Origin: Octopus bimaculoides
Lineage: Eukaryota
Direction: 5' to 3'
Assembly: GCF_001194135.2 (NCBI RefSeq)
Contig: NC_069006.1
Coordinates: forward strand, 4,084,522-4,119,799
DNA: 35,278 nucleotides
The notes beneath the pieces were generated by a model. That model searched no databases. It was not told the DNA's origin and saw nothing but the letters and a program-made list of their open reading frames with translations. Made by a program: the position numbers and the translations under genes. Shown here piece after piece: positions 1 through 12,599 of the stretch; the first letter of the stretch is position 1; each line of letters starts with the position of its first letter.

Positions 1-263
1 ACACACGCATACGTACACACACATACATACATAGATGCATGCATACATACATACACACATACATATATTTATGCATACGTACATACATAGATACATACAT
101 GCTGACATAATACATACATACATGCATACATAGATTCATGCATACATACATGCATACATGCTTACATACATACATATATAATGCATACATACATATATAC
201 ATTCATACATACATGCATACTGATATACATATATCCCCAACTCAAATTGACATAGGTTGGAGA

Positions 264-301
<38 letters not shown>

Positions 302-787
302 TGTAGGTTAAGACTGGANNNNNNNNNNACCACCACCACCACCACTATAGTGTCATTCCCAGCAAAATTTCATTCCTGTCACAGAATGAAGAATGGAGGT
401 AAATATTTGACACAGATATCCTCCTCCTCCTCCTCCCCTCCCCTCCCCTCCTCCTCACATGCATACATACACGTACATACATATATGCATGCATATACAC
501 ATACATTCATGCATGCATACATACACACACGCATACGTACACACACATACATACATAGATGCATGCATACATACATACACACATACATATATTTATGCAT
601 ACGTACATACATAGATACATACATGCTGACATAATACATACATACATGCATACATAGATTCATGCATACATACATGCATACATGCTTACATACATACATA
701 TATAATGCATACATACATATATACATTCATACATACATGCATACTGATATACATATATCCCCAACTCAAATTGACATAGGTTGGAGA

Positions 788-825
<38 letters not shown>

Positions 826-859
826 TGTAGGTTAAGACTGGAAATAGAAGCCCACTGAC

Positions 860-982
860 CTATGTAGCCAAACACGAGAGCCAAAAGGTTGGAGAGAACA
901 TCATTTCGTTGGTCCAGAGCGATAGCCTGGACTGTGGGACTGTTCACACGACGGCAGGCAATAAAAAGACCGAATTTGGTAA
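860..982 (-). CDS. CDF/MTP-like exon, TM4-TM5 (VTKFGLFIACRRVNSPTVQAIALDQRNDVLSN...)
   Basis: Acceptor TTTCAG and donor ATAG|GTCAGT; 123 nt, phase 1 to 1. Carries the TM5 DxxxD motif. The remaining exons lie beyond the window start. Confidence 0.93.
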
Positions 983-1194
983 CTGAAATAAAATGACAGG
1001 AATAATAAAAACGAAATTACTAAAGAAGACCCCTAAAATATTTAGAAAACAACAAAGTTAATTTTATAAATAGGAACAGGATTCTTTGCATCTGGTGAAT
1101 AAATGGATATACAGGAACAGGATTTGTTGCTATGAGTGACTATAATAATGGAGACTATATAGACATATAGCCATAGGATGTGTTGCTATTAGTC

Positions 1195-1865
1195 ATCATC
1201 ATCATCATCATTTTTTAATGTCTGCTTTCCATGGGTTGGACCGTTTGACTGAGGACTGGCAAGCCAGAAGGCTGCACCAGGCTCCAATCTGATCTGGCTA
1301 GGTTTCTACAGCTGGATGCCCTTCCTAATGCCGACCACTCCAAGAGTGTAGTGGGTGCTTTTTACATGTCACCAGCATGGGGGCCAGTCAGGTGGCACTG
1401 GCATTGACCACGCTTGAACGGTGCTTTTTATGTACCACCAGCATGAGTGCCAGTCAGGCGGTACTGGCATCGGCCACGACAACAATTTCACTTGACTCAA
1501 CAGGTCTTCTCAAGCACAACATATTGCCCGATGATTGATGGGTACTCTTAAATGGGCTGGTTATGCAACACTGGCATAGGTCATGGCTACAATCTCACTT
1601 GGCTTGCTGGGTCTTCTCAAGCACAGCATATCTCCAAAGGTCTTGGTCGCTTGTCATTGCTTCTGTGAGGCTCAACGTTCGAAGGTCATGCTTCACCACC
1701 TCATCCCAGGTCTTCCTGGGTCTACCTCTTCCACAGGTTCCCTCCAATGTTAGGGTGTGACACTTTTTCACACAGTTGTCTTCATCTGTACGCAATACAT
1801 TATCCTACCAGCACAGTCGTCTCTCTTGCACACCACATCTGATGCTTCTTATGTCCAACTTTTAA
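1195..1865 (-). mobile_element. 3' end of an RTE-clade LINE (family A tail)
   Basis: Minus ORF 1595-1795 GTCGRGRPRKTWDEVVKHDLRTLSLTEAMTSDQDLWR resembles an RTE ORF C-terminus. It is followed by a 3' UTR ending in a (GAT)n tail. Confidence 0.75.
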
Positions 1866-2164
1866 CTCAGGGTGCTTCCCAACCACATGGTTCCGGGTTC
1901 AGTCCCACTGCATGGCATCTTGGGTAAGTGTCTTCTACTGTAGCCTCAGGCTGATCAAAGCCTTGTGAGTGGATTTGATAGATGGAAACTGGAAGAAGCC
2001 TGTCATATGTATATATTTATATGTCTCTGTTTGTCCCCCCACCATTGGAGAGAGAGAGAGAAGCATACACAGACAGAGAATATGGGTCTATATGTTAACT
2101 CTAAAAATTCTCATTGTCTTTTGTTGTTCTTCAACTTGGATTAGTAATATGGTAAACATCTTAC

Positions 2165-2335
2165 CTATGGTTGAGAGAAGAATGCCAATAGTTTCAAAAT
2201 CAACTGATGGGATGTTATTGGACTGTTCGATGAATTCAACGATTTTCTGCACCGATTCCAAAATCAGTTGCAAAGCTGCAAAAGACATGATTACAGACAA
2301 CATAATAATGCTGATTGGCTCCAGTTTTGTTCGAC
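2165..2335 (-). CDS. CDF/MTP-like exon, TM3-TM4 (GRTKLEPISIIMLSVIMSFAALQLILES...)
   Basis: Acceptor TTTCAG and donor ATAG|GTAAGA; 171 nt, phase 1 to 1. Carries the GRxxLEP motif of CDFs. Confidence 0.93.
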
Positions 2336-2453
2336 CTGAAATATACAGAAAACAAATTTGGCTTCAGTATAATCCTAGATTAGTTCTCAACAGAAAATAG
2401 ATAAATAAATGCTTTATGGTTGTACTCCAGCATGACCACAGACACACACCTCT

Positions 2454-2484
<31 letters not shown>

Positions 2485-2867
2485 CATGTGTATTTATATA
2501 TATATTTATATAGACATAGATATACATAAATAGATACATACACGTACACACATACACACACACACAGCGTTCCAGTATGACCACAGCCACATGCTGAAGC
2601 ATAAAATAATAAATAGAAAAATAAATGTACACCTTATTGGCTGCATATTCCTAGTGTATGCGTTTTGTTTATTCATTCAATTTGCTGTGGGACAGCATCC
2701 AGGAGATGCTTCCTACATGACACCTGAATATCACCGACCAGGTGAGACAACTCACTTCAGAATCACTGAGAATGGTAGATATCAATATTTTGCCATTTTC
2801 CAGGCTTACCCATACCATGTACTCAGACCATCGTGAAATGAAGTGAATTGGTGATCTGTGATTTATA

Positions 2868-3183
2868 CAAGGTGGTATCAAAATGTTCCTGGACTAGTTC
2901 TGTAGCATGCCAACAGATGGCAGCACATAGTTGCATAAATAGTGAGAGCTAGCAGTGACCTTCATGAGGCAATGTACTAAGTGATATCACTGTGTTTACT
3001 TCACAAGTTGTGAAATTTGTGCTTTTTGTGATCATGTAGGCTGTAGTCTGTGATTTTTGTCATGAACAGGAAGTTGGAACAAAGAGCCAACATGAAACAT
3101 TGTGTAAAACTTGGGAAGTCTGCTACAGAGACATTGAGAATGCTTTGGCAAGCTTATGGCGAGGAGGCAATGGGTCATATGCA
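2868..3183 (+). mobile_element. Degenerate mariner element 5' end (TIR plus transposase HTH)
   Basis: TA then CAAGGTGGTATCAAAA (mariner-type TIR). EQRANMKHCVKLGKSATETLRMLWQAYGEEAM is a mariner N-terminal HTH. Confidence 0.75.
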
Positions 3184-3787
3184 AAATATATTCAATGTTT
3201 TTATAAGTCAATATCATGTTCTACTGTGTTAGCAGTGCTCTTACAGATAACCTTAACAAGTGATGTAAGAGCACTGCTAACACAGTAGAACACAGTATTG
3301 ACAGATGAAAACAATTAATATACTTTGTTGTGTATTATGGCCACACAACGAAATACAGTGTCCCAACAGGTCATTAATATTTACATACCAGCTTCCAGGA
3401 ATGTTTTGTTTTTATTTTTTTCTTCTTTTTTTATTTGTTTCAGTCATTTGACTGCGGTCATGCACCACCTTTTAGTTGAACAAACCGACTCCAGGAATTA
3501 TTCTTTGTAAGCCTAGTACTTATTTTATTGGTCTCTTTTGCCAAACCACCAAGTTACGGGGATGTAAACACATCGACATCGGTTGCCAAGCGATGGTGGG
3601 AGGACAAACATATGCACGTATATATATTTCGTTTTTGGATTTGGTTTGCAAGATTCTTTATGTGAGTTTGTATGTCTGTTGTGTCTGGGGAGAGTAATTC
3701 CCTTTTAGTGCTTTATAATTTAACACATTCACTGGTTGGAAATTTTACCAGTGAGTGTGCTAAATTATAAGGCACAAAAAGAGAATG

Positions 3788-4392
3788 NNNNNNNNNNNNN
3801 NNNNNNNNNNNNNNNNNNNNNNNNNNNNNNNNNNNNNNNNNNNNNNNNNNNNNNNNNNNNNNNNNNNNNNNNNNNNNNNNNNNNNNNNNNNNNNNNNNNN
3901 NNNNNNNNNNNNNNNNNNNNNNNNNNNNNNNNNNNNNNNNNNNNNNNNNNNNNNNNNNNNNNNNNNNNNNNNNNNNNNNNNNNNNNNNNNNNNNNNNNNN
4001 NNNNNNNNNNNNNNNNNNNNNNNNNNNNNNNNNNNNNNNNNNNNNNNNNNNNNNNNNNNNNNNNNNNNNNNNNNNNNNNNNNNNNNNNNNNNNNNNNNNN
4101 NNNNNNNNNNNNNNNNNNNNNNNNNNNNNNNNNNNNNNNNNNNNNNNNNNNNNNNNNNNNNNNNNNNNNNNNNNNNNNNNNNNNNNNNNNNNNNNNNNNN
4201 NNNNNNNNNNNNNNNNNNNNNNNNNNNNNNNNNNNNNNNNNNNNNNNNNNNNNNNNNNNNNNNNNNNNNNNNNNNNNNNNNNNNNNNNNNNNNNNNNNNN
4301 NNNNNNNNNNNNNNNNNNNNNNNNNNNNNNNNNNNNNNNNNNNNNNNNNNNNNNNNNNNNNNNNNNNNNNNNNNNNNNNNNNNNNNNNNNNN
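3788..4392. other. Assembly gap (N run)
   Basis: Other gaps: 319-328, 5367-6310, 7216-8119, 15679-15907, 16523-17047, 21223-21315 and 34272-34528. All long X-filled ORFs come from these. Confidence 1.
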
Positions 4393-5177
4393 GGGTAGGT
4401 GCTGAGGAAGGAGCAAAACTCATGAAGCATGGCATAGATGCTCGTTACCATGAAGGGATGAAAGGCAAAGTTGACCCTGGTGGCATTTGAACTCAGAATG
4501 AGAACACAGGCGAACTATTGCTAAGCCTTTTGCCTAGTGTGCTAATGATTCTGCAGGCTTGCCATCTTAATAAAAAAAAAAAAAAAGATAATGGTTTTAA
4601 ATTTTGTCACAAAGGCAGCAATTTGGAGGGAGGGGATGAGTCAATTACATCGACCCCAGTGTTCAACTGGTACTTATTTTATTGACCCCTACAAAGATGA
4701 AAAGTAGAGTTGACCTTTGCAGAATTGAGAACTGAGAATAATGTTAAAAAAAAAGAAGTGAAATAGAATGAGTGTGTTTATTTATTATTGGCGCAATGAC
4801 CCTCCCAGGATACATCATCATCCTCTTCATCATCATTTAACATCCGTGTTGTATGCTGGCATGGGTTGAACAGTTTGACAGGATCTGATGTCTCTAGGGA
4901 CTGCATCAATGTCAGCTTTGGCATGATTTCTATGACTGGGAGCCCTTCCTGGTGCCAACCAGTTTACAGTGAGGACTGGGAGCTTTTAACTAACAGAAAC
5001 TAAGTCACAACTTGCGTGACAGAAATGATAAAATCCAACCATGACCAACACAACTGTCTATCACTCTAGAGTTGATAAAACAAAGGATCAGCAATGTATC
5101 AACTCACTTAACCCCTTTCATTCCCTATAAATTCGTAGTCTTCTCGCTGAAACAAGGAAGTTGTAGAGAAAACTCAC

Positions 5178-5334
5178 CTTGGGGGTAAGTGTAAGGGTTT
5201 CTTCGCTTCATAGCCCGGGTGGTCCACCAGAATATGATTCCAGACACCAAATCGATACAACTGTCCACTAAACTGGATATGATGGAAATTGAACCTGAAA
5301 GGCTGACAGCCACTGCTTTGCCAATGGTTAGACA
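5178..5334 (-). CDS. CDF/MTP-like exon, TM1-TM2 (KAVAVSLSGSISIISSLVDSCIDLVSG...NPYTYPQ)
   Basis: Acceptor T12-CCAG and donor AAG|GTGAGT; 157 nt, phase 0 to 1. Carries the CDF signature SxSxxSSLxDSxxDL and the YP(Q)G motif. Confidence 0.93.
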
Positions 5335-6344
5335 CTGGAAAAAAAAAAAATTATATATATATATATNNNNNNNNNNNNNNNNNNNNNNNNNNNNNNNNNN
5401 NNNNNNNNNNNNNNNNNNNNNNNNNNNNNNNNNNNNNNNNNNNNNNNNNNNNNNNNNNNNNNNNNNNNNNNNNNNNNNNNNNNNNNNNNNNNNNNNNNNN
5501 NNNNNNNNNNNNNNNNNNNNNNNNNNNNNNNNNNNNNNNNNNNNNNNNNNNNNNNNNNNNNNNNNNNNNNNNNNNNNNNNNNNNNNNNNNNNNNNNNNNN
5601 NNNNNNNNNNNNNNNNNNNNNNNNNNNNNNNNNNNNNNNNNNNNNNNNNNNNNNNNNNNNNNNNNNNNNNNNNNNNNNNNNNNNNNNNNNNNNNNNNNNN
5701 NNNNNNNNNNNNNNNNNNNNNNNNNNNNNNNNNNNNNNNNNNNNNNNNNNNNNNNNNNNNNNNNNNNNNNNNNNNNNNNNNNNNNNNNNNNNNNNNNNNN
5801 NNNNNNNNNNNNNNNNNNNNNNNNNNNNNNNNNNNNNNNNNNNNNNNNNNNNNNNNNNNNNNNNNNNNNNNNNNNNNNNNNNNNNNNNNNNNNNNNNNNN
5901 NNNNNNNNNNNNNNNNNNNNNNNNNNNNNNNNNNNNNNNNNNNNNNNNNNNNNNNNNNNNNNNNNNNNNNNNNNNNNNNNNNNNNNNNNNNNNNNNNNNN
6001 NNNNNNNNNNNNNNNNNNNNNNNNNNNNNNNNNNNNNNNNNNNNNNNNNNNNNNNNNNNNNNNNNNNNNNNNNNNNNNNNNNNNNNNNNNNNNNNNNNNN
6101 NNNNNNNNNNNNNNNNNNNNNNNNNNNNNNNNNNNNNNNNNNNNNNNNNNNNNNNNNNNNNNNNNNNNNNNNNNNNNNNNNNNNNNNNNNNNNNNNNNNN
6201 NNNNNNNNNNNNNNNNNNNNNNNNNNNNNNNNNNNNNNNNNNNNNNNNNNNNNNNNNNNNNNNNNNNNNNNNNNNNNNNNNNNNNNNNNNNNNNNNNNNN
6301 NNNNNNNNNNTATATATATATATATATGTATATATATATTATCC

Positions 6345-6600
6345 TCATCATCATTGTTTAATGTCCACTTTCCATGTTGGCATGGTTTGGATGGTTTGAC
6401 AGGGGCTGGTCAGCCAAGGAGGTGTCCAGACTTCAATTGTCTGTCATAGCAGGGTTTCCACAGCAGGATGCCCTTCCTAACATCAACCACTTTACAGAGT
6501 CTGCTAGGTACTTTTAATGTGCCACCAGCACAGGTCTGTTTATGCAGCACTGGCACAAGTGCGTCTTATGTGGCACTGGTGCCTGTAAAGGACAAGCCTG
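6345..6600 (-). mobile_element. Family A LINE-tail copy
   Basis: catcatcat...tttccatg...ggatgcccttcctaa...aaccac, shared with 1195-1440. Further copies at about 4815-4980, 8340-8580, 10340-10660, 25095-25200, 27790-27930 and 30055-30200. Confidence 0.7.
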
Positions 6601-6799
6601 TATGTATGTATGGATGACATATATATATATATATATATATATATACATGTTTATTTTGGGAAGTTCAGTGTGTGACATTATTCTGTAGTAATGGCCCTAA
6701 TATAAATATATATATATACATATACATATACAAACATACATCTCTCTCTCTCCCCCCCTTTATCTATCTATCTGTTTATCTATATCTCTACATACTCTT

Positions 6800-7195
6800 T
6801 ACTCTTTTTACTCTTTTACTTGTTTCAGTCATTTGACTGTGGCCATGCTGGAGCACCGCCTTTAGTAGAGCAAATTGATCCCAAGACTTATTCTTTGTAA
6901 GCCTAGTACTTACTCTATCAGTCTCTTTTGTTGAGCAGGTAAGTTACGGGGACGTAAACACATCAGCATTGGTTGTTGAGCGATGTTGGGGGGGACAAAC
7001 ACAGACACACATATATATATACATATACATATATACAACGGGCTTCTTTCAGTGTCCGTCTACCAACGCCACTCACAAGGCTTTGGCTGGCCCAAGGCTA
7101 TAGTAGGAGACACTTGCACAAGTTGCCATGCATTGGGACTGAACCTGGAACCATGTGGTTGGTAAGCAAGCTACTTACCACACAGCCACTCCATA
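6800..7195 (-). mobile_element. Near full-length tRNA-derived SINE family B
   Basis: Minus 5' end GGAGTGGCTGTGTGGTAAGTAGC...GGTTCAGTCCC has A/B-box-like motifs. The body is shared with 1870-2010 (+), 3425-3620, 11715-11820, 14830-14995, 25270-25410, 27130-27400, 30280-30433 and 33090-33500 (+). Confidence 0.8.
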
Positions 7196-8647
7196 TATAT
7201 ATATATATATATATANNNNNNNNNNNNNNNNNNNNNNNNNNNNNNNNNNNNNNNNNNNNNNNNNNNNNNNNNNNNNNNNNNNNNNNNNNNNNNNNNNNNN
7301 NNNNNNNNNNNNNNNNNNNNNNNNNNNNNNNNNNNNNNNNNNNNNNNNNNNNNNNNNNNNNNNNNNNNNNNNNNNNNNNNNNNNNNNNNNNNNNNNNNNN
7401 NNNNNNNNNNNNNNNNNNNNNNNNNNNNNNNNNNNNNNNNNNNNNNNNNNNNNNNNNNNNNNNNNNNNNNNNNNNNNNNNNNNNNNNNNNNNNNNNNNNN
7501 NNNNNNNNNNNNNNNNNNNNNNNNNNNNNNNNNNNNNNNNNNNNNNNNNNNNNNNNNNNNNNNNNNNNNNNNNNNNNNNNNNNNNNNNNNNNNNNNNNNN
7601 NNNNNNNNNNNNNNNNNNNNNNNNNNNNNNNNNNNNNNNNNNNNNNNNNNNNNNNNNNNNNNNNNNNNNNNNNNNNNNNNNNNNNNNNNNNNNNNNNNNN
7701 NNNNNNNNNNNNNNNNNNNNNNNNNNNNNNNNNNNNNNNNNNNNNNNNNNNNNNNNNNNNNNNNNNNNNNNNNNNNNNNNNNNNNNNNNNNNNNNNNNNN
7801 NNNNNNNNNNNNNNNNNNNNNNNNNNNNNNNNNNNNNNNNNNNNNNNNNNNNNNNNNNNNNNNNNNNNNNNNNNNNNNNNNNNNNNNNNNNNNNNNNNNN
7901 NNNNNNNNNNNNNNNNNNNNNNNNNNNNNNNNNNNNNNNNNNNNNNNNNNNNNNNNNNNNNNNNNNNNNNNNNNNNNNNNNNNNNNNNNNNNNNNNNNNN
8001 NNNNNNNNNNNNNNNNNNNNNNNNNNNNNNNNNNNNNNNNNNNNNNNNNNNNNNNNNNNNNNNNNNNNNNNNNNNNNNNNNNNNNNNNNNNNNNNNNNNN
8101 NNNNNNNNNNNNNNNNNNNTATGTATGTATGTATATGTATGAGAAATAAGGATAAACACAAGTTTATATTATAGTTCCTATGTGCGGTTTATCATTATGG
8201 TTGTTTAGAACTTTGCAATATACGTTCCAAATGTATTTTGATCTTCAACCACAACGGGTCATAAGGGAGTACTTTATGGCATTACGCTATAGATAACACA
8301 CACACACAGAGAAAACCACCACCACCACCACCACCACCATCTCCACCACCACCACCACCACCACCATTTAACATCTGCTTTCCACGCTGGACAGTTTGAC
8401 TGGAACTTGCTAGCTGGACAGCAGCCCAGGATCCAATTGTCTGTATTGGCATGCTTTCTACAGTTGGATGCCCTTCCTAATGCCAACCACCTCACAGAAT
8501 GTACCGAATGCTTTTTGTGTAGCACTGGCATGAGTGCTTCAATGTGGCACTGGTACAGATGCTGTTCATGTGGCACCAGCATGAATGTAGGAGTGGCACC
8601 ATATAAATACTATAAGTCTATACTCCATATAAAACAAAGGTACTCAC

Positions 8648-8795
8648 CACATTTAAACATAGCACTAGTCTTGTATAAAAAATGGCCTTAGTGATTTTGT
8701 TCGTGTTGGGGTACACCTCATCAGGATCTCTGTCGTTAAATGAAGACAACTTCTCATACGATGTAATCAATTTGTTTTGCGCCTTATAATAAGAT
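8648..8795 (-). CDS. CDF/MTP-like exon (SYYKAQNKLITSYEK...RLVLCLNV)
   Basis: Acceptor CTTCCAACAG and donor GTG|GTGAGT; 148 nt, phase 2 to 0. YYxxQNxLI resembles the pre-TM1 motif of MTP8-11-type CDFs. Confidence 0.88.
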
Positions 8796-8915
8796 CTGTT
8801 GGAAGCAATGTCACCATTCTGAGAGTTAAAGCATATTTAAAACAGAAGAGGTTGGAGAGAAAGAATTAAGTTTTATATTTTTAACTGGTCTTCTGCTGTG
8901 ATTTATCAATTGTTT

Positions 8916-9530
8916 TATCCCTTTTTGTACCAATCTACCTGAGACCATTCCAGGTTCTATAATACAAGCTTCCTCTTTTGAAGTTATCTCAAAACCTCCC
9001 TTCAAAATTTCATGCTAATTTATGTTCCAAACACTGACTAGATTAATAACTGACAAAATTACGTTATTAAATTTTTCATTATTTTCAAAATTAATTGAAC
9101 CAAATTCAGTGTATTTTAGCAGAAATATGGTAACAAAATGGTTAAAGCGATCTAAATTAAAACTTACCATCAAAATTTCATGTTAGTTTATGTTCCAAAC
9201 ACTAGCTTCATAATGACAAAATTTATTTTACTTAATTTTTAATTATTTTCAGAATTAATTGAAATAATGGCAGTGTAATTCAACAGAAATATGGTAACGA
9301 AGGGGTTGAATTGAGATAAATTAAACACCTTGATCAAAATTTCATGCTAATCTATGTTCTAAACACCAGTTTAATGATGACTAAGTTATTTTACAATTCT
9401 TAATTTATTTTAAGTTATTTTAAAATTCTTATTTCGTTGACACAACAGAATTAAAATTCTTAATTATTTCCAAAATGAATTCAAACAAAAGTGTATTTCA
9501 AAAGAAATATGGCAACAAAAGGATTGATTT
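8916..9530. repeat. piggyBac-like MITE (about 8916-9146) plus two degenerate tandem partial copies
   Basis: A roughly 165-bp unit caaaatt(t)catg.taattta.gttc.aaacac recurs at about 9003, 9171 and 9334. Units end in atgg(t/c)aac.aa..ggttaa-like termini. Confidence 0.55.
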
Positions 9531-9721
9531 AATGAAAGTACAATTATGTTAAAAGTGGGGAACACACAATTATGACTGAGTGTTGAAGATAACAATTCTA
9601 TTTCTGACGTGGTTAATGATGAATAAAACTGTAATAATGGAAGTTAACTTTTTGCTTGAGGAACAATGTGATTGTACAATGGGGCTTTCACAAACATAGC
9701 AGACAACTATCAATATCTATT

Positions 9722-9961
9722 TTAACCCTTTAACAACCAGATTACTCCTTCAAATCTAACGCTTATTTATTCATGTTATTTTGAATTAATCATACATTAT
9801 TTTGTAGCTTCAAGATTTCAATGGTGTGATTGTTTATGTTACGAATGATTTTACGAATGATATTGTAAGGCTGGTGTAAGAGGCCGGATTTGGCTAGTTT
9901 GAGCATAGAACAGGCAGAATATTTGGGCCAGATTTGGCAGGTTTAAATGCTAGAAGGTTAA
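9722..9961. mobile_element. TTAA-flanked piggyBac-like MITE
   Basis: Begins TTAACCCTTTAAC and ends ATGCTAGAAGGTTAA. A degenerate reverse-orientation copy lies at about 24062-24295. Confidence 0.65.
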
Positions 9962-10980
9962 ATGAAAATGGACTTCAAGAAATAACTTGGAATGGCTAGA
10001 GGTGTGTATTTGAACAACATAGACAAATACAAATATATCGAATTCCATACAACATAAGTTTTGATTAAAATTATCTTTGCCTCTAGAGGATGTCATAATT
10101 ACCAAATAGCAATTAAGATGAGTTCCACTTAAAAAGAGGATATAATGTTAAGAATCAAGAAAAGTCACAAGTTTATTGTTGCGGAGACATGTTTCTGCCT
10201 CAATTGCCATCATCAGCACAATGTTTGTTCAATCTTATCTCCAGTAACTAAAAGACTTAGACTGATACAAAACAGAGTAGAACACATAAATGGCCAAGCT
10301 AATTTGTATGATTTAAACAAAAATGATTTTCACCAGACATCATCATCATCACCATTGTTTAACATCTGCTTTCCATGCTGGCATGGGTTGGATGGTCTGT
10401 CAGGAGCTGGCTAAGCAGAAGACTGCATCAGGCTTCAGTGTCTGTTTTGGCATGATTTTTCCGGCTGGATGCCCTTTCTAACACCTACCATCCCACAGAG
10501 TGAACTGAGTGCTTTTTATGTGGCACCAGCACAGGCGAGGTCAATTTTGACATGGTTTTTACAGCTGGATACCCTTCCAAATGCCAACCACTTCACAGTA
10601 TGGACTGGATGCTTTTTACATGGCACCAGCACCTGCAGGGTCACCAAGTAACTTGCAAAACAAGGAATCTTTGACAGGGGAGGGAGTATTAGAGGAAATA
10701 ATCTTGTGTCAAGACAACAAGCTTATTTTTTTCTTAATGGCATGTCAGTTTTGGAGAAGTCTTGAATCTTAAGATTATCTACACTTCTCAAGTGGAACTA
10801 ATCTTAATTGCATATGGTAATTATTCATTGCGTTGGCACCATTGTATACAGTGGAGGTACAACTGTCTAAGTTGGAGGTGTCACTTTCTCATGTGTAGGT
10901 ACCCTGTCTATGGGAGGGATATTCTATATATGTCAGAGGTATGACTATATATTTCCCCCACTAGATAGCACCATACTTAC

Positions 10981-11059
10981 CTGAGTCTTTTAGGCAACTT
11001 TTTAATATTGGGTTGTTTCTTTGCAATGAATTCTTGCAACGGCATTTTCCAATCTTCCT
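10981..11059 (-). CDS. CDF/MTP-like transporter exon (EDWKMPLQEFIAKKQPNIKKLPKRL)
   Basis: Acceptor CTTACTTCCAG and donor CAG|GTAAGT; 79 nt, phase 1 to 2. It joins the next exon to give KRLRSYYKAQN, typical of the MTP-type N-terminus. Confidence 0.85.
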
Positions 11060-11821
11060 CTGGAAGTAAGAAAAGAACAAGTGATATAATTAAATGGATT
11101 TTTTTCTTAAATGATAGAATTATTTATTTCACATTTGAATATCCAATTTATATGATACACCTTAAGTCAGAAGACATTTTGGATGTAAAGACCAGATATA
11201 CTGCACTTACTGAAAATATAAACTGAAAATAGTGCAGCTTATACGCAGGCAAATATGGTATATATTTTTATGTTGTGTGAGTACATGTATATATATATAT
11301 ATTTATATTTTATATGAATACATTGTCCAGGGTATGACTGTAAACTGCATCCAAATGTGGTGCCTTGATGCAGGAGTAGCACCAACTGTCAAGGTCTCAG
11401 CTATAGGCTAATTAGCATTGAAATTGAAGGATCCCTACTTTTTGTTAGAAGTTCCTTCTACAAGGAGGTAAACTTGCATGAAAAACAACCTGAAGGGCAG
11501 TTGGTTTCTATTTGTCTCAACCTCTGTTGTGCCATGGGTTTTTATAGCTGAATGCACAGAAAAGTGGGTCCAGTGCTACGCAACACTTTGACCACTCAAA
11601 ACAAATTCATGCACAGGAGCCTCTTGGACACTTGGAATGTTTGCACAGACTTACAGAATTTAGGAGTGGTCTCACTCAGTAAGAAGTCGACTTCCACCCA
11701 TATATATATATATTCTTTTATTCTTTTACTTGTTTCAGTCATTTGACTGTGGCCATGCTGGAGCACTGCCTTTAGTCGAGGAAATCGACTCAAGGACTTA
11801 TTCTTTGTAAGCCTAGTAAGC

Positions 11822-12050
11822 CAACACCACCATTGAAGCATGGTTGATGCCAGTATCGCCCTCATGCCAGTGGCATGTAAAAAGCACCCATTACACTCTT
11901 GGAGTGGTTGGTGTTAGGAAGGACATCTAGCTGTAGAAACTTTGCCAGAGCAGATTGGAGCCTGGTATAGCCTTCTGGCTTGCCAGCCCTCAGTCAAACA
12001 ATCCAACCCATGCCAGCATGGAAAGTCGACGTTAAACGATGATGATGATG
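11822..12050 (+). mobile_element. Family A LINE-tail copy, opposite orientation
   Basis: Reverse complement of the 1195-1440 sequence, ending ...gacgttaaacgatgatgatgatg. Another partial copy at about 29045-29150. Confidence 0.75.
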
Positions 12051-12599
12051 TTATATATAAGTAATTATTTTGACCTTGGGTATATGGTTTGTACTATGCC
12101 AATTAAAGCACTTTCGTTGTTTAGGATACCGGATGAGATGTATTCTGCACTGGAGGATGCAACACAACCAGTTGTCCAGTATCCCATCCACAAGGGACCA
12201 ATGTAGGATAGGTTGAAATGATCATTAGGATGAATAAAGATTCTTGCCAACTCCATTTTCTGTTTTACTGATTCATTTTATATATATATATATAGTCCAC
12301 AGCTAACCACCTACACTTTTCTCTGCAAAATAGGGGTAGTTTATCCTGTTCAGGCTATATTATTAGCATTATTCTGCGATTGAGAATTTAAAATCACTTC
12401 TTTAACTTTCTAAGACTTCTCAACGCTTCTAAAAGCAAACTTCGTTTGTTTGTTTACGTTTGTCGTAATTTGAATTTAATATGTATATATATGTATATAT
12501 ATATATAATGTATGTGTGTGTGTGTATATATCTTTGCATGTCACTCATTCCTTCCAGGACAATAACCCTTGTCTGACATGTCTCCCCATTTTACAATAC

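Noticed and set aside
1-842. Exact duplicate of 1-318 at 525-842, including an identical (AG)16 run
   Set aside because: The two copies flank a 10-N gap and are microsatellite-rich. This is most likely an unmerged contig overlap rather than a biological duplication.
2591-2836. 81-aa plus-strand ORF in an intron
   Set aside because: No motif or splice support. Probably chance or an unrecognised repeat relic.
3713-8174. Long ORFs of 200-409 aa in the ORF track (also around 15354-17160 and 34154-34653)
   Set aside because: They consist almost entirely of X from N runs.
8796-8818. Alternative acceptor at 8818 adding NGDIASNR
   Set aside because: It is phase 0, whereas the upstream donor is phase 2. 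The 8795 acceptor restores the family-like KRLRSYYK.
12065-12256. 63-aa ORF MELARIFIHPNDHF... with a good ATG context, in CDF intron 1
   Set aside because: No recognisable homology and no strong phase-1 donor to join exon 11059.
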